This document shows, piece after piece, positions 46,089 to 56,750 of a DNA stretch of 64,000 nucleotides. How positions within the stretch are numbered: position 1 is the first letter of the stretch; every line of letters starts with the position of its first letter. The translations under genes were made by a program, and so were the position numbers. The notes under the pieces are model-generated. The model was not told the origin of the DNA. It made no database searches and worked only from the letters and a program-made list of their open reading frames with translations. The stretch comes from Clostridia bacterium (GTDB lineage Bacteria; Bacillota; Clostridia; Christensenellales; Borkfalkiaceae): NCBI GenBank assembly GCA_017463205.1, contig JAFTPQ010000008.1, positions 20,896-84,895 of the forward strand, in the 5' to 3' direction.

Positions 46089-46997
46089 TTAAGCAGCCGC
46101 ATTGATTTGCGCAACGATTTGCGCAGCAACGAGGTTATCGACGATGCAAAGGGAAACTTGCCCGTTTACCATATCGCGTACAGCGTCAGCGTGCGTGTCG
46201 TAGGGTTTTAAGGTGAGGTTTGCATATCCGTTAAATCCAAACCCGTCGGGATCGTCTTTGTCGCCGCTGATATATTTTGCGCCTGTCGTACCCGTTTGGC
46301 TGCCGACTTTCGTGCCGTTTGCCAATTCAGCGAGTTTCGCTTCGATTTCCGCCGTCGTCTTGCAATCGTCAAATCTGGTATCGTTTTCTTTAACAACGAT
46401 CACTTGATAAGCTTCGTTGTAGTAAGGGTCGGAAAACGTAACGGTGTTTTGACGAGCGGGCGTAATGGTAAGACCTGCCAAACCGATATCGGCGTCGCCG
46501 TTATTCACTGCCATACAAATCGTATCGAATGCAGTTTGTTTCACCGCAAGGGTTTTTCCCAATTCTTCAGCGATCATCTGACCGATTTCAATGTCGATAC
46601 CGCCCCAATTTTCTCCAACTTTATATTCCCAAGGAGCAAAAGGTGCGTCGGTTGCCATCACCAAATATGCGTCGTTGTTGCTCATGCTTTCTTGATAGGT
46701 TACAACGCCTTCCACATAGCTGTTGTCGGTAGGAACGTCATCTTCATAATTTTTGCTTTCGTACACGTCGATCATCGCTGCGATCTCGTCTGCGTTTTCC
46801 GTAAGAACTTTATTTACGCTTTCCAACAAAGCAGCGTCGCTTTTATTGACGGCAACGCCGTACGATTCGGAAGAAAGAGAAACGTCGATCAATTTCACTT
46901 TGTTTGTATCGTTGTTGTTGTCACCGCCGCAGGAAGCCATACCGATGGTTGCCAGCGCTGCCACTGCAGCCAATGTTGTCGCAATTAATTTTTTCAT
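46089..46997 (-). CDS. Amino-acid ABC transporter substrate-binding lipoprotein
   Basis: Signal peptide plus lipobox (GMASC). Family-3 SBP features. Confidence 0.8.
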   Translation of the reverse strand: MKKLIATTLAAVAALATIGMASCGGDNNNDTNKVKLIDVSLSSESYGVAVNKSDAALLESVNKVLTENADEIAAMIDVYESKNYEDDVPTDNSYVEGVVTYQESMSNNDAYLVMATDAPFAPWEYKVGENWGGIDIEIGQMIAEELGKTLAVKQTAFDTICMAVNNGDADIGLAGLTITPARQNTVTFSDPYYNEAYQVIVVKENDTRFDDCKTTAEIEAKLAELANGTKVGSQTGTTGAKYISGDKDDPDGFGFNGYANLTLKPYDTHADAVRDMVNGQVSLCIVDNLVAAQIVAQINAAA

Positions 46998-47182
46998 AAC
47001 TTGGTTCTCCTTTTATAAAAAATATTTTTTGTTTGCTTATATAATAATGAAATTATTTATATGGCTATTGTAAACCTAATTTATACGAAAGTCAACCTTT
47101 TTTTTGTGTTAAATGCAAAATTTTTTACATTTTTAAAGTTTGAAGTGTATAAATGTATAAAATATGTGAATATTATGCATAA

Positions 47183-48409
<1,227 letters not shown>

Positions 48410-48426
48410 TAAAAAATGACAAAAAA

Positions 48427-48457
48427 CGGCTCTCTTTAAAAAGAGGGCTGTTTTTTT
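48427..48457 (+). terminator. tgt intrinsic terminator
   Basis: CGGCTCTCTT/AAGAGGGCTG stem (two G-U pairs) followed by T7. Confidence 0.6.
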
Positions 48458-48537
48458 AAAATCTTCCTGCAAACGCTTGACAACGGCTGAAATATATGAT
48501 ATCATTTTGATATCAATACAAAAACACGGAGAGCAGT

Positions 48538-49266
48538 ATGTTAAAAATAGAAAATTTGACGAAGCGATATGGGGAGAAAAGCGCGGTAGATAACGTTACG
48601 TTGCATATTCGCGCAGGGGAAATTTACGGATTTATCGGGCATAACGGTGCAGGAAAAACCACGACGTTGAAGGCGTGTTGCGGCATTTTGCAATTTGAAG
48701 AAGGGGAAATTTTTATCGACGGCGCGTCTGTGCGAAAAGAACCGCTTGTTTGCAAACAAAAAATTGCGTACATTCCCGATAATCCCGATTTGTACGCCTT
48801 TATGACGGGGATACAGTATTTGAATTTCGTGGCGGACGTATTTAAAGTGCCGTCGGCGGAGCGTTCGGCACGCATTAAGAAATATGCCGACGCCTTTGAA
48901 TTGACGTTTGCTTTGGCGCAACCCATTTCCACCTATTCTCACGGAATGAAACAAAAATTAGCGGTAATTTCCGCTTGGATACACGCGCCGAAGCTTATTT
49001 TAATGGACGAACCGTTTGTGGGGCTCGATCCCAAGGCGGCGCACACGTTGAAAGAAATGATGCGGGAAGTTTGCGACAACGGCGGCGCAATTTTCTTTTC
49101 CACGCACGTATTGGAAGTGGCGGAAAAATTATGCGATAAAGTGGCGATCATCAAAGACGGAAAATTGATAAAAGAGGGTACCATGGACGAGGTGAAAGGG
49201 GATTCCACCCTCGAAAACGTCTTTTTGGAATTGGTGGAAACGCCCTCCGACGTCGCAAAGGAGTGA
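48538..49266 (+). CDS. ABC transporter ATP-binding protein
   Basis: GHNGAGKTT, YSHGMKQKLAVISA, LMDEPFVGLDP. Confidence 0.85.
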   Translation: MLKIENLTKRYGEKSAVDNVTLHIRAGEIYGFIGHNGAGKTTTLKACCGILQFEEGEIFIDGASVRKEPLVCKQKIAYIPDNPDLYAFMTGIQYLNFVADVFKVPSAERSARIKKYADAFELTFALAQPISTYSHGMKQKLAVISAWIHAPKLILMDEPFVGLDPKAAHTLKEMMREVCDNGGAIFFSTHVLEVAEKLCDKVAIIKDGKLIKEGTMDEVKGDSTLENVFLELVETPSDVAKE

Positions 49267-50867
49267 GTATGCTGAAAACGTTGTTGAAAAAAGAACTGTT
49301 GGCGATTTTGGCGTTTTTCACGATAGGAAAAAACGGAAAACGCCGTTCCGCAGGTGTGATGGCAGGGTTTGCGCTGTTGATGTTGTATGCGTTCGGCGCA
49401 ATGGTTTTTATGTTTTGGGAAATGAGCAAAATGCTGTGCGCGCCGTTGGTCACAACGGGGCAAGCGTGGATATATTTTTCCGTAATGGGGTTGATGGCAA
49501 CGTCGTTGGGGGTGATCGGCGGCATTTTTATGGCAAAAAGCAAATTATACGAGGCGAAAGATAACGATTTGCTGTTGTCGATGCCGATTTCCGCGTGGAA
49601 ATTGTTGGCGGTGCGTACAATCGGCTTGTATGCGTTCACCTTTGTATTTGAAGGATTGGTGTTTTTGCCTGCCGTTGTGCAATATTTTACGGTAGTCGGC
49701 GCGCAGTGGCAAGCCGTTATCGGATGCGTCGTTGTCACTCTATTGATGCCGTTTTTGGCATTGGCGGTTTGTTGTCTGCTCGGTTTCGTTATGGCTTGGA
49801 TGCTGGGGAAATTGCCTTATAAAAATTTGTTTGCGATCCTTGGATTTTTAGCGTTTATGATCGTCTATTTTCTGTTATACAGCAAAATATACGACGCTTT
49901 AAATTACGTAATTATCAATGGGGAAGCGGTGGGCGCAATGATGCAAACGGCGCTGTTCCCCTTCGCGCAACTTGGCAAGGCGGCGATTGGAAACGGCGTT
50001 TCGCTCCTTTGGTTTTTGTTGGTGTTTGTGGGAGCGTTCGCCGTGGTGTACGGCTTGTTGTCCGTCACGTATTTGCGTATCGTGACGGCGAAAAAAGGTG
50101 AACGTTACGCCAAATATAAAGCAACGGAGCACAAGGTGTCTTCTCCTCGAAAGACTTTGTTGAAACGTGAGTTTTTGCGTTTGTTCAAAAGCCCCGGCTA
50201 TTTTTTGAACGCGTCTATGGGTACGTTTATGACTCTGTTGGTCGTCATTATGGCAGTGATACAGGGGGATGTGTTTGGAATGACGGCGGAAACGTTGCAG
50301 ACGAGCGGTTTCATCAAAATCGCGTCGATGATCCTTCCGCTTGCGCTGTGTTTTTTGGCATCTTCCAATACGTTGACGGCAGTATCCGTGTCCTTGGAAG
50401 GGGAAACGTTGTGGCAGTTACGTTCGTTGCCCGTAAAAACACAAGACGTGTTAAATGCAAAACTTTTGTTGCATTTTATCATGACGGCGGTTCCCGTCGC
50501 TTTGTGCGGTTGTGGAATGGGAATCGTGTTGAAACTTGCTTGGTATCACGTTGTATTTGCGGTATTGACGGGAATTTTGGCGTCGGCTTTTTTTGCGGAA
50601 ATGGGCTTGATGATCAATTTAAAATTCCCCAATTTGCATTGGACAAACGAAATGGTTGCCGTGAAACAAAGTCTGTCTGCCGTTTTCGCGATGTTTGGCG
50701 GCTGGGGCGTATCGTTATTGCCGCTCGGCGGATATTTCCTCTTTGGAAAATATATGCCCGCGTGGGGGTACGTCGCCCTTTGGCTGGGGATATTCGCATT
50801 GGCAACGACGGTGTTGTGGCTGTGCATAAAAAAATGGGGAACTTTGTTGTTTGAAAGTTTGTCATAA
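49263..50867 (+). CDS. Polytopic membrane protein, putative ABC exporter permease partner
   Basis: A 534-aa protein with many TM segments. Overlaps the ATPase gene stop. Confidence 0.6.
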   Translation: MSMLKTLLKKELLAILAFFTIGKNGKRRSAGVMAGFALLMLYAFGAMVFMFWEMSKMLCAPLVTTGQAWIYFSVMGLMATSLGVIGGIFMAKSKLYEAKDNDLLLSMPISAWKLLAVRTIGLYAFTFVFEGLVFLPAVVQYFTVVGAQWQAVIGCVVVTLLMPFLALAVCCLLGFVMAWMLGKLPYKNLFAILGFLAFMIVYFLLYSKIYDALNYVIINGEAVGAMMQTALFPFAQLGKAAIGNGVSLLWFLLVFVGAFAVVYGLLSVTYLRIVTAKKGERYAKYKATEHKVSSPRKTLLKREFLRLFKSPGYFLNASMGTFMTLLVVIMAVIQGDVFGMTAETLQTSGFIKIASMILPLALCFLASSNTLTAVSVSLEGETLWQLRSLPVKTQDVLNAKLLLHFIMTAVPVALCGCGMGIVLKLAWYHVVFAVLTGILASAFFAEMGLMINLKFPNLHWTNEMVAVKQSLSAVFAMFGGWGVSLLPLGGYFLFGKYMPAWGYVALWLGIFALATTVLWLCIKKWGTLLFESLS

Positions 50868-50879
50868 TGAAAAACGAGC

Positions 50880-50898
50880 GGGGCAGGTATGCGTTGAA
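50880..50898 (+). repeat. Dispersed 19-nt motif, 19/19
   Basis: Begins 12 nt after the stop at 50867. GGCAGG (50882-50887) pairs with CCTGCC (50907-50912), followed by a T-rich run, so it looks like a terminator. Confidence 0.95.
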
Positions 50899-51008
50899 TT
50901 GCAAAACCTGCCTTTCTTTTTTTAAAAAAACAGATCGATAAAAAAAGACAAAAACCGCGTGAAAAACGGGTGAAAAATAAAAAAATGAAAAAACGGGCGA
51001 AAAATCGC

Positions 51009-51037
51009 TTGCAAAAATGGTAAAAAAAGGATATGAT
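51009..51037 (+). promoter_or_regulatory. Promoter TTGCAA-N17-TATGAT upstream of yajC
   Basis: Hexamers at 51009-51014 and 51032-51037, preceded by A-tract-rich DNA. Confidence 0.45.
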
Positions 51038-51090
51038 ATAGGCAATAAAATATTTACGCGTGAAAAACGCGATGAAAAGGAGAAAATTAT

Positions 51091-51630
51091 ATGCTTTGGA
51101 ATTTATTGAGCGCAACATCGGACGTTGGTTCGTCTTCGGGCGCAGGTGCAGGAAACAATATGGGTTCATGGTTAATGATCATTGTTTTGGCGTTGGTGAT
51201 CATTGTCTTTTCGGTGTTCAGCAGACGTTCGCAAAAGAAAAGACAGGAAGAAACGCAAAATATGTTAGACGCGATCAAACCGGGTACGAAAGTGATGACG
51301 ATCGGCTGTATTTGGGGCGTGATCGTAGAGGTTTGCGACGACAATACGTTCATTATGGAAACAGGTTCGGAAACGACGGGCAAATCCTATCTTAAATTGG
51401 ATAAAAGAGCCATCTATCAATCGGACGCAACGGTAGAAAAAACGGAAAACGCCGAAACGCAGGAAGCGGAAGAGGTGAAAACGGAAGAAACGTCGGAAGA
51501 AAGTCCTTTTGAAGAAGTTGTAAACGCAACGGAAGAAAAAACGGAAGAAGTTGCGGAAACCGCGGAAGAAACCGTAGAGGAAACGGCTGAACCTGCCGAA
51601 AATACGGAAACGGAAGAAACAAACGAATAA
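51091..51630 (+). CDS. yajC: Preprotein translocase subunit YajC with a long Glu-rich C-terminal tail
   Basis: TM helix plus the RRSQKKRQEE..L..IKPGTKVMTIGCIWGVIVEV YajC core. The tail runs from about 51421. Confidence 0.8.
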   Translation: MLWNLLSATSDVGSSSGAGAGNNMGSWLMIIVLALVIIVFSVFSRRSQKKRQEETQNMLDAIKPGTKVMTIGCIWGVIVEVCDDNTFIMETGSETTGKSYLKLDKRAIYQSDATVEKTENAETQEAEEVKTEETSEESPFEEVVNATEEKTEEVAETAEETVEETAEPAENTETEETNE

Positions 51631-51696
51631 TATACAAACAAATAATATTCTAAAAACACAACGCCTTCGCATAGGATAATGCGGAGGTGTTTTTAT

Positions 51697-52077
51697 ATGC
51701 GAGACGAAACGAATTACGGAAAGGGATTTTTCGGAGTGTTGAAAGGCGCGGGCGCGGCGTTGGGCTTTTCTTTTTTGGCTTCGGTGTTGTTTGCCGCATT
51801 GTTGCAGGGGACGGCAATTTCGGACAAAGTGATCTATCCCGTCAATCAAACGTTGAAAGTGTTGGCGGTGTTGCTGGGCGCGTTGTTGTTTGTGCGAGGC
51901 GAAAAGGGTTGGTTGCAAGGTTGCGCAATCGGTTTGTTGTTTACGGCGTTGTCCTATTTGGCGTTTTCCGCGATCGGCGGCGATTTTTCCCTGTCGTGGT
52001 TGATTTTTGCCGAATTGCTGTTGGCGGCGTTTGCCGGCGTAGTGGGAGGCGTGATCGCCGTCAATATCAAGCGATAA
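51697..52077 (+). CDS. Small four-TM membrane protein of the kind found next to SCIFF loci (TIGR04086-like)
   Basis: GGAGG RBS before ATG 51697. Position between yajC and the SCIFF gene. Confidence 0.6.
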   Translation: MRDETNYGKGFFGVLKGAGAALGFSFLASVLFAALLQGTAISDKVIYPVNQTLKVLAVLLGALLFVRGEKGWLQGCAIGLLFTALSYLAFSAIGGDFSLSWLIFAELLLAAFAGVVGGVIAVNIKR

Positions 52078-52131
52078 AATAAAAAAACGGCGAGGTGGCG
52101 TTGAAAACTCGAAAAAAGTGTGATAAACCGC

Positions 52132-52160
52132 TTGCAATTTATCAAAAAGTGTATTATAAT
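52132..52160 (+). promoter_or_regulatory. Promoter TTGCAA-N17-TATAAT upstream of the SCIFF peptide gene
   Basis: Hexamers at 52132-52137 and 52155-52160. Confidence 0.5.
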
Positions 52161-52203
52161 AGTAATACGAATTTTTGAAATCATAACAGGAGGACGCTAA
52201 GCT

Positions 52204-52356
52204 ATGATTAAAACGATTGCGAAACCCGCAGATAAAAAGGTGACCGCTTGCGGCGAATGCAGAAGCACCTGTCAATCCGCTTGCAAAACGAGCTGCACGG
52301 TAGGTAATCAATCCTGCGAAAGAATCACGCGCGAAGAAAAGATCGAACGCAAATAA
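52204..52356 (+). CDS. scfA: SCIFF (six-cysteines-in-forty-five) ranthipeptide precursor; 50 aa, absent from the ORF track
   Basis: Hand translation gives MIKTIAKPADKKVTACGECRSTCQSACKTSCTVGNQSCERITREEKIERK. It matches the SCIFF core CGEC.TSCQSACKTSCTVGNQ.CE and lies directly upstream of the maturase gene. Confidence 0.85.
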   Translation: MIKTIAKPADKKVTACGECRSTCQSACKTSCTVGNQSCERITREEKIERK

Positions 52357-52476
52357 GCAAGGCGGGGCTGAAAAGCCGAAAACGAAGAAAGAAAAATCGC
52401 AGAAAACGGCGTATTTATGCAAGTACGCCGTTTTTAACCGAGTTTTGCGATTTTTCGCGGAAAGGAGTGTAAAAAC

Positions 52477-53802
52477 GTGATTCACGTATTTTCATACAGG
52501 GATAAAAATTACATTTATGACGTGGGCAGCGGCTCTTTGCACGAATGCGACGGGGCGACTGCCGATTATTTAAAGGCAAAAGAAGAAGGACAAGCCGTAG
52601 ATATCACGTATATCACGGATGAACAGATCAAGGAAATTTTGTTCGACGTGGAAGGTCTGAAAGAACAAGGCTTGCTTTTTAAGGACGAAATGAAAACGTA
52701 TCCGATGAAAAGCGACGAGGTGAAGGCACTTTGCATCCATATTTGCCACGATTGCAACTTCCGTTGCCGCTATTGTTTTGCCGACGAGGGGGCATACCAC
52801 TCGAAACGGGAATCGATGACGCTGGAAACAGCGAAAGCGGCGGTCGATTTTCTGATTGAAAACAGCGGGAAGCGCAAAGTGCTGGAAATGGACTTTTTCG
52901 GCGGCGAACCGTTGATGAATTTCGACGTATTGAAACAGACGGTGTATTATGCGAAAGAGGCGGGGGCGAAAGCAGGCAAAAAATTCCTGTTCACCACAAC
53001 GACCAACGCGTTGCTGTTAAACGATGAAGTAATTCGTTTCTTCAACGAAGAAATGGAAAACGTAGTGCTTTCGTTGGACGGACGGAAAGAAGTGCACGAC
53101 GCCATTCGCAAATCGATCAACGGCAAAGGCACGTTCGATCTGATCATCGACAAAATTAAAAACTTTATTTCCTTGCGCGGCGAAAAAAGCTATTACGTGC
53201 GCGGTACGTTCACGGCGAAAAATCTCGATTTTGCCAAGGACGTACTCTTTATTGCCGATCAAGGCGTCGATTCCATTTCGATGGAACCCGTCGTGACGGA
53301 GATCGACGATTTGCAAATCAAAGAGGAACATTTGCCGACGATCGAAAAAGAATACGAAAACCTCTGCGACGCATATCTACAACGTTTTGCCGAAGGGAAG
53401 GGCTTTAATTTCTTCCATTTCAACGTCGATCTGGAAGGCGGGCCTTGCCTTTCCAAGCGTGTATCCGCTTGCGGTACGGGCAACGAATATTTTTCCGTCG
53501 TTCCCAACGGAGATCTGTATCCCTGCCATCAATTTGCAGGGGACGAAAACTACCGTATGGGCAGCGTGCACGAGGGGATCGTTCGCCCCGATATCAGAGA
53601 GAAATTTAAAAATTCTTGCCTGTTTACACGGAAAAAATGTGAAAATTGTTTTGCGAAATTTATTTGTTCGGGCGGTTGCAGCGCAAATAATTATCATTTT
53701 AACGGCGACATTGACGAGCCGTATGAAACGACTTGCGCGATGATGAAAAAACGCGTAGAATGCGCGATGCATATTCTTGCGCAGAAAAAAATCATGCAAT
53801 AA
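52477..53802 (+). CDS. scfB: Radical SAM/SPASM thioether-forming SCIFF peptide maturase
   Basis: CNFRCRYCF radical SAM cluster motif and a C-terminal SPASM cysteine cluster (CENCFAKFICSGGCSANNY). GTG start at 52477. Confidence 0.9.
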   Translation: MIHVFSYRDKNYIYDVGSGSLHECDGATADYLKAKEEGQAVDITYITDEQIKEILFDVEGLKEQGLLFKDEMKTYPMKSDEVKALCIHICHDCNFRCRYCFADEGAYHSKRESMTLETAKAAVDFLIENSGKRKVLEMDFFGGEPLMNFDVLKQTVYYAKEAGAKAGKKFLFTTTTNALLLNDEVIRFFNEEMENVVLSLDGRKEVHDAIRKSINGKGTFDLIIDKIKNFISLRGEKSYYVRGTFTAKNLDFAKDVLFIADQGVDSISMEPVVTEIDDLQIKEEHLPTIEKEYENLCDAYLQRFAEGKGFNFFHFNVDLEGGPCLSKRVSACGTGNEYFSVVPNGDLYPCHQFAGDENYRMGSVHEGIVRPDIREKFKNSCLFTRKKCENCFAKFICSGGCSANNYHFNGDIDEPYETTCAMMKKRVECAMHILAQKKIMQ

Positions 53803-53950
53803 AACTAAAAAAAAGCGATTTTTTTGTCGTTTTTTTTAAAAAAATCGGATATGGTCCTCGTTATGGCTTGACGAGCGGTCGTAAAATAGAGTATAATATT
53901 TGGGTAACATTGTCACTCGGAGCAAATCCGAGACAAACAGGAGGCTTTAA

Positions 53951-55429
53951 ATGGGCAAAAAGAAATCGATGGTATTGATGGTTTTGCTTACCATCGTCAT
54001 CGTCGTATTGTGCGCGATCACGGTGTTCCCGACGTTCGCTCTTGGCGGAGTGAAGAAGTGGAATCCCGCAATCAAACAATACGATTTGGGCGCTGACCTC
54101 GGCGGGGTGTACTATGCGTACTATTATCCGGAAGGGGTAATTTCCGAGGCGGAATATGAAGACAACAAGAAGATGTTGGAAGGCGACGAATTGGCAGATT
54201 ACGAAGCGTCGTATCTTCCTCACGGCGGATTGTATCTCGAAAGAGAGAAAATCGTAACCGGCGACACGGCTACGCCCGATTTCGAAGAGGCGTTCAATGC
54301 GGCGGCGGCAGAAATTGCGGCGCGCTATGCGGCAAACGGCTATTCGGATTATCGTGTTTCCGTAGTGGACGATTATGCGTTGAAAGTGGAACTTCCCGTA
54401 TCGGATAGCAATGCGGGTACGGCGTTTACGTATTTTTCGTACACGGGTGAAATGACGCTTGCAAAAGGCGGCGAATTGGTGGACGAACTGAAAGGCAAAG
54501 AAGCGGATATCAAAGATTTGATCAAAGGCTTCTCGGTCGGCACGCAATACGACGTAGCTTATATCAAGGTGAACTTGACGAAAGCAGGCAGAAAGATGGT
54601 AGACGAACTCAAATCTTCGCTTACCGAATCGACGGCTGCTTCCGAATCGGAAAGCGCAACGACGTTAGACGTTAAGATCGGCGATCAAGTGATCGTATCC
54701 ATCTATAAAGATCATATCGACACGGATAACGAAGTGAAAGTTCCCCTTGCATATAAAGAAAATAAAGCATTGGTGAACATGATCGAAGTGTTGCTCGATT
54801 CCGCATTGGAAAAGGGTGGGTTCGACATTGAATTTGCGGCGGTTACCAACGGGGAAATCCGTGTTGCGGAACCGGTTGCGGGTGAAAATGCAAGCACGGT
54901 GATCTACGTAACGGTGGGCGTTGTGATGTTGTTGCTTATCGTATTGGCTGTTTTGAAAATGGGCGGCTTTGGATGGGTAAACGCATACACCACTCTTTCC
55001 TATCTCATCATCGTTGGACTTTGCTTTGCGTTTATTTCCAAGGGCATCTTTGAAATTACGCTTGGTTCGGTGCTTATTTTCGTGGCAGGTTTGGTGCTTA
55101 CCAACGTTGTACACGCGTTTATTTACAATGCGATCAAAGAAGAAGCGGCAACCGGTAAAACGATGGAATCTTCCGTAAAAGGCGGTTATAAAACCACGCT
55201 TTGGGGGATCGTCGATTTGTACGCAGTGTTGTTGCTTGGTAGCCTTGCGCTTTTGATCGGCGCAGCAGGCGTACAAACGTTTGCGTTGCAAGCGATCATT
55301 GTTGTGGTGACGGCGGCGTTCTGCAACTTGCTTTGGGGGCGCGTGATCAACTACGTTGCAATGTCCGCAAGCAAAGATAAATTTAAATTTTTCCGCCTCG
55401 TAAGAAAGGAGGATGAAGACGATGACTAA
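53951..55429 (+). CDS. secD: Protein translocase subunit SecD (divergent)
   Basis: N-terminal TM, a periplasmic-type domain, and a C-terminal 5-TM block with IKEEAATGKT..GYKTTLWGIVD. Sits in yajC/secF context. Confidence 0.75.
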   Translation: MGKKKSMVLMVLLTIVIVVLCAITVFPTFALGGVKKWNPAIKQYDLGADLGGVYYAYYYPEGVISEAEYEDNKKMLEGDELADYEASYLPHGGLYLEREKIVTGDTATPDFEEAFNAAAAEIAARYAANGYSDYRVSVVDDYALKVELPVSDSNAGTAFTYFSYTGEMTLAKGGELVDELKGKEADIKDLIKGFSVGTQYDVAYIKVNLTKAGRKMVDELKSSLTESTAASESESATTLDVKIGDQVIVSIYKDHIDTDNEVKVPLAYKENKALVNMIEVLLDSALEKGGFDIEFAAVTNGEIRVAEPVAGENASTVIYVTVGVVMLLLIVLAVLKMGGFGWVNAYTTLSYLIIVGLCFAFISKGIFEITLGSVLIFVAGLVLTNVVHAFIYNAIKEEAATGKTMESSVKGGYKTTLWGIVDLYAVLLLGSLALLIGAAGVQTFALQAIIVVVTAAFCNLLWGRVINYVAMSASKDKFKFFRLVRKEDEDDD

Positions 55430-56609
55430 GATGATTAAAAAAGGTACGCTTTGGTCGGTGATCATTGCGGTGATCCTTGTGGCGGCTTGTGCTTTGGGGA
55501 TCGTGTTCGGCGGTTTCAACGGCGACGCATCGATGAAAAATGCAAACACCATCACGGTTACGATGAATACGTTTGCTTATAACAATCAGTTGGACGAAGT
55601 ACAAGACGTATGCGACGATGCGTTTGCATCGTTCGACGTTGTAAAAGTGATTAAGGGCGGTATGTCCGGTGACGAATGCGAACTTGTTTACGTATTTGAC
55701 GAAGACGTTGATTTGACGGCTGTTAAAACGAATTTGCGTAACACGTTCGATGCAAAAACGGCAGACGGCGCTGAATGGGACGGTACGTTTATCACCGTTT
55801 CGTCTGCAAAAGAAAACGTATCGGCAGTGCTTGCGCAGCATTACGTGCTCCGCGGTGTGATCGCAGGCGTTGTGTTTGCAGTGCTTGCATTCGCTTACGT
55901 GGCGTTGCGTTATAATCTTCGCGTAGGTATTGTATCCGGTATCGTTACGTTGGTAGGTATGGCAGTGACGGCGGCGCTGGTGATGCTTGTCCGCATTCCC
56001 GTAACCGCATCCGTTGCATACGCTGTTGCGGCGTCCGGTTTGTTGTCTGCGGCAACTGCTTTGCTCACGTTTGCAAAGATCCGCGCAAACGAACAGATTG
56101 GCGAAAAGGCAGAAGACGCGATCGGCAACAACGTAGCCGTAAAAGAAATCGGTTTGCTTACGTTGCTCGGCGTAGTAGCGTTCGTATTGATCGGCGGCGC
56201 GTCGGCGATTTTCGGCGGTTTGACGGCGATCGTTTGGTTCTCGGTTGCAGTTGTAGTGGCTTTTGTGGTTGCGGCGTTTATGGGTATGGTATATGCGCCC
56301 GCGCTGTATCTTCCTTTTAAGAAAGCGGTGGATGCGAAGAATGTCGGCCGTACGAAGTCCGATTACGTTGGCGCAGTGAAAACCAGCACCAAAGTGAAGA
56401 AGACCTACGAAAAGAAAAAAGCAGCTCCCGTAGAAGAAAAGAAAGCGGAAGACGTGAAAGAAGAACCCGTAAAAGAAGTTGCGGAAGAAAAGGTTGAAGA
56501 AGTAGTTGAACCCGAAGCGGAAGAAGTTGCAGAAGAAGTAGCTGAACCCGAAGCGGAAGAAGTTGCGGAAGCAACCGAAGAAGAAAAAAAGGACGAAGCG
56601 GAAGCGTAA
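55422..56609 (+). CDS. secF: Protein translocase subunit SecF (divergent) with an acidic repeat tail
   Basis: TM block following SecD. ATG 55422 is better spaced from AAGGAGG than ATG 55413. The tail contains a 36-nt tandem duplication. Confidence 0.65.
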   Translation: MTKMIKKGTLWSVIIAVILVAACALGIVFGGFNGDASMKNANTITVTMNTFAYNNQLDEVQDVCDDAFASFDVVKVIKGGMSGDECELVYVFDEDVDLTAVKTNLRNTFDAKTADGAEWDGTFITVSSAKENVSAVLAQHYVLRGVIAGVVFAVLAFAYVALRYNLRVGIVSGIVTLVGMAVTAALVMLVRIPVTASVAYAVAASGLLSAATALLTFAKIRANEQIGEKAEDAIGNNVAVKEIGLLTLLGVVAFVLIGGASAIFGGLTAIVWFSVAVVVAFVVAAFMGMVYAPALYLPFKKAVDAKNVGRTKSDYVGAVKTSTKVKKTYEKKKAAPVEEKKAEDVKEEPVKEVAEEKVEEVVEPEAEEVAEEVAEPEAEEVAEATEEEKKDEAEA

Positions 56610-56750
56610 GTTTGCAAAGAAAAATTCTTTGCGTATAGTTCAATAACAATGGGCGGGAGGAGGTTTCTTCTTTTCCCGCTCAAATTATTATATCTATAAA
56701 GAACATTACAATATAAATTAAAGAAAGAAAACAGAGAAAACAGAGAAAAC

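Noticed and set aside
51265-52485. A 406-aa ORF on the minus strand spanning yajC, the TIGR04086-like gene and the SCIFF gene
   Set aside because: It is antisense to several well-supported + strand genes. Its composition is dominated by Arg, Phe and Gln runs, which is typical of the stop-poor antisense frame. It has no RBS and no recognisable domain.
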